A stretch of DNA of 64,000 nucleotides from positions 323,127 through 387,126 of the forward strand of contig CDMY01000405.1 of the NCBI GenBank assembly GCA_001179505.1, read 5' to 3'. The stretch's first letter is position 1. Each line of letters begins with the position of its first letter. Source of the DNA: Vitrella brassicaformis CCMP3155. Lineage: Eukaryota > Protista > Chromerida. The notes below the pieces were generated by a model that saw only the letters and a list, made by a program, of their open reading frames with translations, ran no database searches and was not told the origin of the DNA. Positions 62,614 through 64,000 of the stretch are shown in pieces. The translations under genes were made by a program, and so were the position numbers.

Positions 62614-63492
62614 TTAGCAGCCGGGCAGGAACCAGAGGAGGCTGCAGAAGAAGCCCGCCGGCCCACCATCGCCCATCCCGGGAGGCGAAGGGAACGGCGG
62701 GGCGAAGCCATCGGCACCAAAGCCACCACCATAGTCGCCTGCAGCTGATGGCCCACCGTATGATGGCGAAGCGTACGATGGCGCACCACTGTAGGGCTCG
62801 TCGGCAGTGAGGTCCCCTCCTCCCACTGTCTGATGGCCGCCTGTCCACGCACTCCGGTCCTGGCTGTAGGAGGGGTAGGGGTTGGTGTTGGGTGCAGTGT
62901 CGTAGCCATAGCCATTGCTGGGGTAGACCACCTCGCCTGTGTCGCGGTTGATTGGCCGCCTTCGCCGCCTGGGGGGGAGGCCGAAGCCCTCGGGGGCTGC
63001 TGTCACCTCAGCCGCCGACGACTCCTCGGCTGACGACGACTCCTCCTCGGTGGACGACGTTTCCTCTTTGGTGCAGTCGTCCATGGGGCCGCCTAGTTGA
63101 ACGTAGCCATCCCAGCACACACAGCTTCGCTCCATCGTTGACTCGTCATACTCACACCTGCAACATCACAAACAGAATGTGGGCACTGTGTGTGTGGTAT
63201 CATGATGTGGCGAGCCGGCGTGCTCTCACGTGCTGAATTCGCCACACGGGTCAGGGGAGCAGGGGTCCTCGGCGTCCTCACTCGACGGCTCCTCCGCCTG
63301 CTCACTGTCCGGCGGAGGCAAGACGCCTGACACTTCAGATGCGTCGCCTTCGCTGCTGCCTTCGGTTTCTTCCTCCTCTTGCTGCAGCCGCCGTTGGATG
63401 AGCGATATCGATGGCACTGCCGAGATGGATGGCAGGATGAGGCCCATGACGGCGAGCGCCAGGCAGAGGGTGGACGTGGAAAGACTCCTCAT
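62614..63492 (-). CDS. Secreted acidic/Ser-rich protein with one EGF-like domain and a Gly/Tyr/Pro-rich tail; 2 exons
   Basis: Signal peptide MRSLSTSTLCLALAVMGLILPSISA. The spliced sequence CSPDPCGEFST|CEYDESTMERSCVCWDGYVQLGGPMDDC has six Cys with EGF spacing. Confidence 0.7.
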
Positions 63493-64000
63493 GCCCACTC
63501 TGCTCACTCGGAGATGCGATAGACAATACAGATGAAGCCGCGGACGGTGATGCGATGACTCAGAGGAAGGAGTCAGATGAGATCGCTGCGATTGATGAGT
63601 GGGATGATGCGATGGTACGTACGGACGTACGTTGAGCGACTCAGCTGGGAAAAAGGATTCGGATTGGGGGAAAAGGGGGGAAGGGGGGAAGAGAATCCCT
63701 CAAACCCTACTTGAGAGAGCGTGAATTTGCGTGTTCTCCCCGCCGTCTATGGCCCTTGTCATTCGCTTGGGTCTTGTCTATCGTGTCACAATTCGTGTCT
63801 GTCTGTCTGTCTGTCTGTCACGGTAGTCAGTCAGTTTCAAATGTGGTCACACAGACCGCCTCAACTCATGGTTTGTCCATGCCTCTGACGCATCGGAACT
63901 GTAAGAATAGGTGGGAGAGAGTCGGGGAGAATGGTGAAGAGAGGATCTGCCGGGCGGTCAGTCCCGGATAAAGGATTAAGTCAATGCAACGTAAGGTCTG

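Noticed and set aside
1-64000. Most short ORFs in the supplied six-frame track
   Set aside because: They are antisense or off-frame shadows of GC-rich exons, or read-throughs of microsatellite introns (CVCVCV, THTHTH, LSLSLS translations).
1-64000. CRISPR array, transposon or retroelement
   Set aside because: I saw no regularly spaced repeat-spacer array, transposase/RT/integrase motifs, terminal inverted repeats or LTR pairs; the repeats are simple microsatellites.

Overview
Gene-dense, GC-rich, intron-rich eukaryotic nuclear DNA with short introns full of (GT)n/(CTGT)n/(GA)n microsatellites. The style and gene content suggest a chromerid alveolate such as Vitrella; this is inference, not identification. 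I assembled 19 protein-coding or pseudogenised loci by hand, plus one tRNA-Pro(AGG). In order: GT32 glycosyltransferase (5' part), TMEM231, TPR-like/MYND protein, MFS transporter, CREG-like protein, secreted coiled-coil protein, clostripain-family protease with Cys-rich repeats, two convergent bacterial-like inositol dehydrogenases, a secreted hypothetical protein, a SAM-methyltransferase + GT61 + GT17 block, a trifunctional Trl1-type RNA ligase, a UPF1-like helicase with SAP domain, a disrupted hypothetical gene, carnosine N-methyltransferase, an MLO/EF-hand protein, a multi-TM LRR protein and a secreted EGF-like protein. Top leads: (1) the adjacent RNA ligase and helicase both carry apparent bipartite (signal + transit peptide) leaders, suggesting plastid RNA processing; (2) a three-enzyme glycan-modification block; (3) recurrent 1-nt frameshifts and an in-frame stop in six otherwise coherent genes. 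For (3), homopolymer consensus error is the leading explanation, with pseudogenisation or recoding as alternatives. All exon boundaries were inferred by eye from GT/GC-AG sites and reading-frame continuity; no database searches were run.
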